A stretch of 64,000 nt of DNA, taken from the NCBI GenBank assembly GCA_023379025.1, contig JAMCTH010000009.1, forward strand, positions 69,092-133,091, written 5' to 3'. The position numbers and the translations under genes were made by a program. Position 1 is the stretch's first letter. Every line of letters begins with the position of its first letter. This document shows, piece by piece, positions 21,916 to 29,700 of the stretch. Below the pieces are notes generated by a model. It was not told the origin of the DNA. It was given only the letters and a program-made list of their open reading frames with translations, and did no database searches. This DNA is from Patescibacteria group bacterium (GTDB lineage: Bacteria > Patescibacteriota > Microgenomatia > UBA10105 > UBA927).

Positions 21916-22787
21916 AACTCTCCCTTTTTCATAGTTCCCGCGACTTCCTTATGCAGGAGACGAAAAAACGCCCTCGTGGCCTGCCGTTCAAGCCACGGCG
22001 TATGGCCCGAGTGCTTCAGGAGGAGAAAGCGGAAATCAGGGAGCGTACGGGATAAGGGTTTTTCCACACCCCGAACCGGATGGGGATCCCAATCCCCATG
22101 GATAGCTACGACCGGACACGTAAGGGTTTTGGCGGCTTTGAGGAGTGCGCCGCTTTCCCGGAGCCGGTCCGCTTCCGGCCAGACCGATGCATACACCCGG
22201 GGATCAGCAGGCAGGTCCCCGGCATGCGGATCCGGAAGCGCGTCATACCTGTCCGCGAGATCCATATATCTGCCGAATTCGGAAAAATCCGACTTCCCCG
22301 CTTTGCCGTTTTGCAGTTTGCGGGATAGCTTTTCCGCTGATTTTCTTTGAGCGGGGGATAACCGTTTCAGCCTCGTCGCCATAATGCCCTTGGCATACTG
22401 CGCTTCAAACGGGCCGCTTGAGACGAGGATAAGTTTGGCAACCTCCCTGGGATACCGCGCGGCGTAATAAACCCCGAGCCATGCGCCCCAGGACCACCCG
22501 ATGAGCGCAACCGGAAATGCGGCGTGGGCGGTCAGCACCCCGTGAAGCTCCTCAATCTGTCCGTCCACGGAATACGCCGTTCCGAATGGTTCGATAACGC
22601 CGTAGGTTTTCCCAAGCTCGAAAGCCACGGGCTGCATACCTCCAGGTGCACCCGGACCGCCATGAAGCACTGCCACACGGTACGGCGGCAGACCATATAA
22701 CCGAAATGCATCACTACTACTCTCCACTCCCTTAAGGATACCAGAATGCAAAGATGAAAAAATACTTACTGTTCTACAATCTCCCAT
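21903..22787 (-). CDS. alpha/beta hydrolase (proline iminopeptidase-like, S33)
   Basis: HGGPG motif and nucleophile elbow GWSWGAWLG. Start set at the Met preceding the HGGPG block; the ORF track extends to 22937, so the start is uncertain. Confidence 0.65.
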   Translation of the reverse strand: MGDCRTVSIFSSLHSGILKGVESSSDAFRLYGLPPYRVAVLHGGPGAPGGMQPVAFELGKTYGVIEPFGTAYSVDGQIEELHGVLTAHAAFPVALIGWSWGAWLGVYYAARYPREVAKLILVSSGPFEAQYAKGIMATRLKRLSPAQRKSAEKLSRKLQNGKAGKSDFSEFGRYMDLADRYDALPDPHAGDLPADPRVYASVWPEADRLRESGALLKAAKTLTCPVVAIHGDWDPHPVRGVEKPLSRTLPDFRFLLLKHSGHTPWLERQATRAFFRLLHKEVAGTMKKGELWKP

Positions 22788-22806
22788 CCATGGTATAGTA
22801 GAGACT

Positions 22807-23295
22807 ATGCCAGACGCCGCCGCACCATCCAACACCTGCCCCAAATGCGGCAGTCCCCTGGGAGACATAACGGCCACGCCGACCGGAAGAAAACTAAGGC
22901 GCTGCAGCGCCGGACGCTGGAATCCCGAAACCCGCAAGGTCGAGGGGTGCGACTATGTCCTTTGGCTCGCCGTCGAACCCGAAACGCTCGGCGAACCCTG
23001 TCCCAAATGCGGCGCGCCGCTCGTTTTGGCCGTTACCCGCTTCGGGAAAAAGATGAAGAAGTGTTCAACCAACAGCTGGGACAGTGCCGCCAAAAAAGCC
23101 ACCGGGTGCGATTATGTTGCGTGGATAAACGGTACGACCGAACCGCTTGAAGAAAACTGCCCGGAATGCGGGGCCAAACTGGTCCTCTATACGACTGCGG
23201 CCGGCAAACGCATGAAAAAATGCTCGACCGCCGGATGGGACAAGGCAAAAAAAGAAGCCACCGGCTGCACCTACGTTGAGTGGCTCCGGGCGTAA
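22807..23295 (+). CDS. YrdD-like protein with three tandem topoisomerase-I-type C4 zinc ribbons
   Basis: Three about 50-aa repeats: CP(K/E)CG-x10-12-GKKMKKCS-x2-W(D/N)-x6-GC(D/T)YV(x)WL. Each has 4 Cys and matches the CPxCG...GCSxY pattern of topo I C-terminal zinc ribbons. Confidence 0.6.
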   Translation: MPDAAAPSNTCPKCGSPLGDITATPTGRKLRRCSAGRWNPETRKVEGCDYVLWLAVEPETLGEPCPKCGAPLVLAVTRFGKKMKKCSTNSWDSAAKKATGCDYVAWINGTTEPLEENCPECGAKLVLYTTAAGKRMKKCSTAGWDKAKKEATGCTYVEWLRA

Positions 23296-23960
23296 GCGCT
23301 ATGACCGTTTCGGATGCGTACGCGCGCTATCGTATCCCCTCGAACCTTCAGGACCATCAGCTCCGTGTTGCGGCCCTCGCCGCAATCATCGCCGGAAACT
23401 GGACCGGCCCCGCCATAGACCAGCCGTCGCTCGTTACCGCATGCCTTCTCCATGATATGGCCAATATCATCAAATTCGATTTCACCAATTCCCTCATGGA
23501 TCCTGCCGAACACGGCCGTCTCGGTTACTGGAAAACGGTGCAGCATGAGACAGTAGAGCGTTACGGCAACGATGTCCACGCAGGAACGCTTACTATCTGC
23601 CGGGAACTCGGCGCACCGGATGCCGTCTGCCGCATCGTTTCTGCCATAGAATGGAACGACACGGAAAAAGTACTGGACGGAGGGGAGTACGAAACAGCCA
23701 TCGGTATCTATAGCGATATGAGGGTGGGCCCGCACGGCATCCTGTCCCTTGCAGACCGGCTTAGCGACCTCCGGACACGGAACACAAAGCACGACCCCGC
23801 CTGGCTCATCCCTGCCCAGGCACGTCTTGAACAAACTATCCGGGGATCTGTTTCCCGGGATCCGGGATCTGTCACGGACCAAGATCTTGAAGCACGGTTT
23901 TCTTCCCTCCTCACGCGCTCCGTCTCCGGTGCCGGAGCGGTTTGCCTCCGGTCTTCCTGA
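23280..23960 (+). CDS. HD-domain phosphohydrolase
   Basis: H...HD motif (ACLLHDMANIIKF) and downstream conserved Asp residues. The start may be the internal Met at 23301. Confidence 0.65.
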   Translation: MAPGVSAMTVSDAYARYRIPSNLQDHQLRVAALAAIIAGNWTGPAIDQPSLVTACLLHDMANIIKFDFTNSLMDPAEHGRLGYWKTVQHETVERYGNDVHAGTLTICRELGAPDAVCRIVSAIEWNDTEKVLDGGEYETAIGIYSDMRVGPHGILSLADRLSDLRTRNTKHDPAWLIPAQARLEQTIRGSVSRDPGSVTDQDLEARFSSLLTRSVSGAGAVCLRSS

Positions 23961-24236
23961 TTCCCACGAGAACGGGAAGCAGAAACACCAGAAGATAGGA
24001 GAGGTACACGTCTGCCTTGTAGTACCCGGCCGCGCTTGTTCCCCAATGTAGGCACCGGTAAACTCGCCGTCCACCCGTAGGACAAACACGTTTCCGAAGT
24101 TCCGCCAACCCGAAGCATCGATCCACCCGACATGAGGAACCATATGGAGCTCATGGACAAGGACGGCAATTTCCTCTTCCCGAAGTCTCCTCTTTTCAAA
24201 CTCCACCTTCATGCAAGAAGTATATACCACGCAGTT

Positions 24237-24788
24237 TTAAAAAATTCCTTCCAGACAAAAAATATTTAGCTTCTCTGCTTTTTGTGCCTTCTCACAAAGC
24301 GGACGCAAATCACAGTGTCGGCAGAGTGAATCATGAAGATCGTCTTTATGGACACCCAGTGTTCCCCGTTTCTGGTGAAGATCAAATAAAAGTTTCAAAT
24401 ATTTTCCTTCTGCTATCCTTGGAATCTCATCTCTGCGTTCATATCCGTACCATTCGTACAGCCGTTTATCGCCCTTACTCAAATTGCAATGTTTGCATAC
24501 CCGTATGGCGTTTTCCGGCGTATCTGGGCCATTGTGTTTTTTTGGAAGTATATGCTCTGTGGTTAGTTCGATTTGCTTTTCGCAATAGATACACTCATCC
24601 AAATGTTCCCGCTCCTTTTCCCATTCACGGAGTGTTGTAGACCATTCTATCTCGCCATCCCGCAATGCGAGAAACCGGTTCATCTGAAATCCTCGCCCCT
24701 GATTCCCGATGCAGGCGGATTTGGATATCAGCTTAGCATACTGCCAATAAATCGTATCCCGAATCGTTTGTGCGATAGGCGGAGGCAT
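24237..24788 (-). CDS. HNH endonuclease
   Basis: 183 aa; CIYCEKQ...EHILPKKHNGPDTPENAIRVCKHCNLSKG is a classic HNH/His-Me finger with a CxxC...CxxC zinc site. Low-GC DNA. Confidence 0.8.
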   Translation of the reverse strand: MPPPIAQTIRDTIYWQYAKLISKSACIGNQGRGFQMNRFLALRDGEIEWSTTLREWEKEREHLDECIYCEKQIELTTEHILPKKHNGPDTPENAIRVCKHCNLSKGDKRLYEWYGYERRDEIPRIAEGKYLKLLFDLHQKRGTLGVHKDDLHDSLCRHCDLRPLCEKAQKAEKLNIFCLEGIF

Positions 24789-24794
24789 AAGTAA

Positions 24795-25025
24795 CTAAAT
24801 TTTCCCTTGTTTCCTTCTATTTTTATGAATACGAACATGCTTGCCTATACTGATGACTCGTACATTTCGTTTTGTAGTTTTCCCACCTAGCGCTACTGGT
24901 TTAACATGGTGCGCTATGTTCCCCTTAGGCGCTCTTCCTTTCGGATAACCCTTTGCCTTCAAAACTCTTTTAAGTTTACCGGGGTTCCGCCCCTTCCTTA
25001 TCTGAGTCTTAGTTGGTTTTCTCAT
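24795..25025 (-). CDS. 76-aa highly basic mini-protein with HNH-like core (HH-x-P-x-ALGG...N...H..IH)
   Basis: MRKPTKTQIRKGRNPGKLKR... then IAHHVKPVALGGKTTKRNVRVISIGKHVRIH. Overlaps the hsdS stop by 17 nt and lies 6 nt from the HNH gene. Confidence 0.45.
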   Translation of the reverse strand: MRKPTKTQIRKGRNPGKLKRVLKAKGYPKGRAPKGNIAHHVKPVALGGKTTKRNVRVISIGKHVRIHKNRRKQGKI

Positions 25026-26391
25026 TTTCCTGGCCTCCCTTCTCTATCATCTCTTCAACTTTGCGTTTTGCTTCCTCCAATAATTCCTTCGATTTCTTCC
25101 GTGCCTCGTGCGACTGACGTACCAAGTCTGCAATTTTTTGTTGAGTGGATTCCGCCAAAACGGGAATAAGCATATTATCAATTGATTCTTGCGGGACTGC
25201 GGTCAAAATAGTTCCTGCGCATCGTTTTTTTAATTGCTTTTGCATTATCAAACTTCTGGCCATCACCAATAATACCTCCGGTAATACTTCATCACTTCGA
25301 AATTGAAAAAATCCTGTCGATGCAATATATCCATCTTGTTCTTCGTCGATAAGTGCGACTTTTTCTAACGATCCTTCGACGCTGGAAACGATAACATCAC
25401 CGGCTTTCAATAATCGTTTCGCTCTGCCCGGCGCCTCCTTACCCGATACTTCCTCATATCCATCAACAACGCCAATTGATGCATTTATGTTTGCAAGCTC
25501 GACGTACTTAAATGTCTCATCCGGTTTCTCGCCTGGTTTAAAATTTGCAGGTACGTCAAAAATAGTTTTCTTTAATGTTTTCGCTCCCCGCTTTTTTAAT
25601 TCTGACTCTAATACTTCATATTTCGGTTGAAAATAATCCGCATCTATCCTATTCGTTTTTGTAGAATCAGAAAAATTAATGACGTAACTCAAGTCATCGG
25701 AAAATTGTAAATTTTTTAACTCTAGCTCATCCAACAGCAAATTTTCTGCATCTGCATAGCTTTTTTTTGAGACATCAGTCATTCTAAGTGATTCTTTATA
25801 TAACGACTCAACCTCTTTGACTTCATTCTCTAAAAACGTAGGGATCAATATTGTTTTTGTTTGCCAAAGAAAAATATGTTGTTGAACGCTTCCTACTGGC
25901 AATCGTAACACCTGTTTTTTCCCATACTTCGAATTTAGAAACATAGCAATCATTAGGGCCGAATAGTTTGGTTTTAACGAAATCTTCACAATGTCTTGAT
26001 TGGAATTTAGCTTTTGCGGAATATTGAGAGCCATTGCGGCATTTCCAACAGATCCAGACATTGCCAATAAAACCTGTCCCTCATAAACGCGGGATTTCTT
26101 TAATATTTCATCAGATCTATTATCAATAAATTTAACGTCGTTATAATCTATATAACCTTCCTTAATATTATTGGCTTCAATAAATGGAATCCCATCTTCG
26201 ACCCATTCAATGTAATTTGTTAAGTCGTATGCACCAAAACTAATTAAGCTTTCAGATATATCCTCAAGTGTTTGATGGGGTATAGATTGGAGTTTTTTTG
26301 CTATCTCTAAATATTCCGGCTGGTAATATTCAGAGTCTATCCGTTGCGCCCCTTCAAGTTGAGATTTTTTAATAATTGAATATGTGGTCAT
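25009..26391 (-). CDS. hsdS: type I restriction-modification specificity subunit HsdS (two TRDs)
   Basis: 460 aa; N-terminal ...RIDSEYYQPEY, duplicated TRD architecture with a central conserved region; 4-bp ATGA overlap with the upstream gene. Confidence 0.85.
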   Translation of the reverse strand: MTTYSIIKKSQLEGAQRIDSEYYQPEYLEIAKKLQSIPHQTLEDISESLISFGAYDLTNYIEWVEDGIPFIEANNIKEGYIDYNDVKFIDNRSDEILKKSRVYEGQVLLAMSGSVGNAAMALNIPQKLNSNQDIVKISLKPNYSALMIAMFLNSKYGKKQVLRLPVGSVQQHIFLWQTKTILIPTFLENEVKEVESLYKESLRMTDVSKKSYADAENLLLDELELKNLQFSDDLSYVINFSDSTKTNRIDADYFQPKYEVLESELKKRGAKTLKKTIFDVPANFKPGEKPDETFKYVELANINASIGVVDGYEEVSGKEAPGRAKRLLKAGDVIVSSVEGSLEKVALIDEEQDGYIASTGFFQFRSDEVLPEVLLVMARSLIMQKQLKKRCAGTILTAVPQESIDNMLIPVLAESTQQKIADLVRQSHEARKKSKELLEEAKRKVEEMIEKGGQENEKTN

Positions 26392-26969
26392 AACGTCTTA
26401 TTCGGAAAGTTGAGAAATTCGATATATGAAAGAAATGCCTTTCCCTTATCGGTAATTAAATAGTGATCATTCCTCGAATGGATTAACCCTGCATCAAAAA
26501 GGAATTTTAAATAGAAATCGAAAGTCCAATTTTTTAATAGAGGAAATATATTTTGAGTGAAAACAAAAAATAATATTGTATCTTTTGATTGTTCGCCGTT
26601 TCTAGTCTCTTGCGCTCTTAATCTCTTTAGCAATTCTATTTGGCTTCCAAAAATAAACCGATAGATTCTTTCAAAATCTAAATATATTTGTGTGTAGCTT
26701 AAATCTTTTTTAATTTTTTCTATCTCTGATGTTTTAGGATTATTTTCTGCTAATTTCTCATACTGCGGAGGGGGTGATAAATTCACTCTAGTTCCGCCCG
26801 GTAAATCTGCGCTTTGAATCCGATTCAATAAATTTTTAATCTCTTGGTTAAATTTTATAATTAAAAATATAACTATAGAAGGCCAAATCAATACCTTTAC
26901 ATATTCAAGGATCAAAACCCAATCTATTCGCGAAACTGACCGTATGGTAGTTGACGTTGTTGCTATCAT
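26388..26969 (-). CDS. hypothetical membrane-anchored protein embedded between hsdM and hsdS
   Basis: 193 aa; one N-terminal TM helix (WVLILEYVKVLIWPSIVIFLIIKF) and a soluble C-terminal domain with winged-helix-like LLKRL...GLI...YLITDKGKAFLSYI. No recognised family. Translationally coupled on both sides. Confidence 0.55.
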   Translation of the reverse strand: MIATTSTTIRSVSRIDWVLILEYVKVLIWPSIVIFLIIKFNQEIKNLLNRIQSADLPGGTRVNLSPPPQYEKLAENNPKTSEIEKIKKDLSYTQIYLDFERIYRFIFGSQIELLKRLRAQETRNGEQSKDTILFFVFTQNIFPLLKNWTFDFYLKFLFDAGLIHSRNDHYLITDKGKAFLSYIEFLNFPNKTL

Positions 26970-26971
26970 CT

Positions 26972-28912
26972 CTACCTCCGAAAACTAAATTTCTGCTCTT
27001 TCGCAAATTCGATAAATTTATCTGCTATCTCATCCAAATCGTGGTCGAGGACTTTGCGACCGCGGGAATCGTACACATAGTTTCCCGAGGAATCTTTTTT
27101 ATAGACGTATTCGCCGGAGTTATCTTTGCCGCCGCGCTTGGAGACCGCCATAAAAATGGGATAATCGGCAAGCGGCTCACTCTCCCATTTTTGCAAAAAC
27201 AATACTGATGTCTTGGTTCCCGTGTGCGGTTTAAACGTATTTCCGTGCAGCCCGACGACGGCGAGAATACGCGCCTTGTCAAACAGCCACTGCCGGATAT
27301 ATTCCATATTGGTATTGTTAAATACTCCCTGCGGCAACACAATGGCGATTCTGCCGCCGGGTTTAACGAATTCAAGCACCCGCTCGATAAAGAGAACGTG
27401 CCGCTCTACCGTATTCACCAGCTTTCCGTTTTTCTTTCCGAACTCGTACTGACGGAGTAACCCAGGATCTTTGAGCTCACCCGCAAACGGCGGATTCGTA
27501 AGCACGAGGTCAAACGAAAAATTTTTAAACGTCTTTTCATTTTCTTCCTGCTCGCCGTAATCCTGACATTTCAAAAGCCGTTGACGTAGCTCCCGCCGCG
27601 CCTGCAATTTTTCGTCGTCTTCCCCCTGCCATTCGCGCGGATCAAGCGAGTTGAGCTTAAACAAATGCGACCGTCCATCACCTGCTATTAGCATAAGAGC
27701 GCGTGAAACTTTCGCCGTTTCATCGGCAAAATCAATGCCGTACAAATATTGTTTTGAATATTCCTGTTTCGCGTGTTCAGTCGATAAATACTGTTCTTTC
27801 ACCCAATTCATTGCACCAATAAGGAATCCTCCGGAGCCGGCCGCGGGATCCAACACATACTCGCCCGATTTCGGATTGAGCATTTTGACTGCCATCGCGA
27901 TGACATGGCGCGGGGTAAAATATTGCCCCTTCTTCCCCTTGGCCACTTCCGGAATCAGATATTCAAACGCTTCGTCGATGATAGATAAATCAGCGCCGAA
28001 AAGCCTAGCGGTTTCCATTTCTCCCACAACCACGGACAAATGCTCGGGAGACAATCGGATGAGTTCCTGTTCATAAAACGTCCCGGGCCATTTATATATT
28101 GCCTTTCGGAATAAATCGTTGATCGCCGTATACGTTTTTGCGGGATCTTTATATTTACGGAAATAGATTTCATTATCCGGCCGGCTTTCTGCTTCCATTT
28201 CGTCGTACAGCTTTGCGTAAATGAGTTTGAATACCTCGTTAAATACATCAACGCCGGCATTGGCGAGCACCAATTCCTCCATGATCTCTATCGCCCGCTT
28301 CAAATCAAATTTTGGATTGGTATCGCCAAGTGTCTTTTTTTCGCTCAATAAATCATCAATGGTTTTGTTGGCAGATGGAATATCCGGAAGCGTATCTTCA
28401 AATTGATTCGGATAATTCCGATACAAGATCACGCGGTCAATCCCATTTGACCATACGCCGATTTCGCATCCTTCCGCGTTTAAATAACTCTTGAGTTGAT
28501 CAATACCTTTTTCCTCCGTTGGGCTTTTTACTTCGACAATGATATACGGCGTCACCTTGTCGGTTTTGTACACAACAATATCCGCCGCCTTTTTATGGAT
28601 TTCCCGCCCGAAATGAATGCTTTTTTCCGTCTCCAACCGGTCATATGGATACCCAAGAAGCGCATGAAGCTTGTGAAGCCACAACTGCCGCACAATTTCT
28701 TCCGGACGACCGAGTTTTTTCTGTTCGTCGTATACTACGCGTGGATTTCCCGTTTTGAGATCTTTGATAAAAAACTTTTTTTCTTCTTCCCAGATGTAGA
28801 GTACCGAGTTGATATCAATACCCTCAAATTCCTTTAACCCATAGACGATGGAGGCATCTTTAAAAATTCTGTCAATAATTTCTCCGGCTTTATTCGGTTT
28901 TATGGTTGGCAT
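26972..28912 (-). CDS. hsdM: type I RM N6-adenine DNA methyltransferase HsdM with N-terminal HsdR_N-like PD-(D/E)xK domain
   Basis: 646 aa; motif I VLDPAAGSGGFL, motif IV TNPPFAG. N-terminal 150 aa contain ADIVVY...IIVEVKSP (D...ExK), resembling the N-terminal nuclease-fold domain of HsdR. Confidence 0.85.
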   Translation of the reverse strand: MPTIKPNKAGEIIDRIFKDASIVYGLKEFEGIDINSVLYIWEEEKKFFIKDLKTGNPRVVYDEQKKLGRPEEIVRQLWLHKLHALLGYPYDRLETEKSIHFGREIHKKAADIVVYKTDKVTPYIIVEVKSPTEEKGIDQLKSYLNAEGCEIGVWSNGIDRVILYRNYPNQFEDTLPDIPSANKTIDDLLSEKKTLGDTNPKFDLKRAIEIMEELVLANAGVDVFNEVFKLIYAKLYDEMEAESRPDNEIYFRKYKDPAKTYTAINDLFRKAIYKWPGTFYEQELIRLSPEHLSVVVGEMETARLFGADLSIIDEAFEYLIPEVAKGKKGQYFTPRHVIAMAVKMLNPKSGEYVLDPAAGSGGFLIGAMNWVKEQYLSTEHAKQEYSKQYLYGIDFADETAKVSRALMLIAGDGRSHLFKLNSLDPREWQGEDDEKLQARRELRQRLLKCQDYGEQEENEKTFKNFSFDLVLTNPPFAGELKDPGLLRQYEFGKKNGKLVNTVERHVLFIERVLEFVKPGGRIAIVLPQGVFNNTNMEYIRQWLFDKARILAVVGLHGNTFKPHTGTKTSVLFLQKWESEPLADYPIFMAVSKRGGKDNSGEYVYKKDSSGNYVYDSRGRKVLDHDLDEIADKFIEFAKEQKFSFRR

Positions 28913-28913
28913 A

Positions 28914-29552
28914 TTAGCTTACAGTCCTCCACTGTCCGGCTTTCAGGATGGAAATGACTTTTCCCTTCATTTCGACCAAGCTGGTAAAAAATATTGGCGG
29001 ATAATTCGGATTTTCCGGCTTCAAATAATGATACGGAGGCTTATCTTGGGAAATAAATCGCTTGATCGTTGATTCCTCGCCGATCTGTGCATACACAATA
29101 TCACCGGAGGCGAATTCTTTTTGACTTTTCACCAACACGTTGTCGCCATCATTAATACCCGCATTGATCATCGAATCTCCAGAAATCTTCAGGAGAAAAA
29201 CTTCGGCATCTAGCTTCGAAATATCTTTTGAAACCGGCTTCCAGTCTCCGTCGATAACGATTGATTGAAGTGGTGCCCCTGCATGACTCACGCCTAAAAA
29301 AGGAACAAGCGGATCTCTGCCTAAGGCTTCATATCCGTATGGCAATATCGCAAGACTGCGCGCTGCGGATCCATTGCGCTTGATGATCCGTTTTTGTGCT
29401 AATTTCCCGAGAAGATCTATCACTGACTGATTCGAAGAAACGCCGAGGCGCTCCCGCATTTCTTCAAACGTCGGCGGGTACCCCGTATCTTTTATATAAT
29501 CGTAGAGGATAGACAACATTTCCAATTGACGCTTCGTTAACGGCAGATTCAT
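28914..29552 (-). CDS. lexA: LexA-like repressor (N-terminal wHTH plus C-terminal S24 self-cleaving peptidase)
   Basis: 212 aa. N-terminus LTKRQLEMLSILYDYIKDTGYPPTFEEMRERLGVSS...IIKR aligns with the LexA DNA-binding domain. C-terminus GDSMINAGINDGD...TIKRF carries the Ser/Lys dyad. Stop lies 1 nt before the hsdM start. Encoded in low-GC island DNA. Confidence 0.8.
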   Translation of the reverse strand: MNLPLTKRQLEMLSILYDYIKDTGYPPTFEEMRERLGVSSNQSVIDLLGKLAQKRIIKRNGSAARSLAILPYGYEALGRDPLVPFLGVSHAGAPLQSIVIDGDWKPVSKDISKLDAEVFLLKISGDSMINAGINDGDNVLVKSQKEFASGDIVYAQIGEESTIKRFISQDKPPYHYLKPENPNYPPIFFTSLVEMKGKVISILKAGQWRTVS

Positions 29553-29700
29553 AATACTGCCATACTACCCGACTAAATATTCTGGGTCAACTGGAAATCT
29601 ATATATCAAATAGCATCATTATCCATAAAACCCTGCGGGTATAAAAGCGCGATCAGAAATACCTAAATGTAAAGTGTCTCGGGCCGAAAGTTTATTCGAT

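Noticed and set aside
21208-22350. 380-aa plus-strand ORF
   Set aside because: Antisense shadow ORF over the EamA transporter and alpha/beta hydrolase genes; low-complexity basic sequence.
23960-24230. About 90-codon minus-strand reading frame between the HD gene and the HNH gene (part of ORF 23271..24230)
   Set aside because: Most of the parent ORF is antisense to the HD-domain gene. The free 270-bp part has no motif or clear start context, so it is treated as intergenic or a possible fragment.
26388-26969. Possibility that the intra-hsd ORF is a PrrC/RloC anticodon nuclease
   Set aside because: No Walker A/B or ABC-ATPase motifs and only 193 aa. The analogy is positional only; the protein is kept as an unknown.
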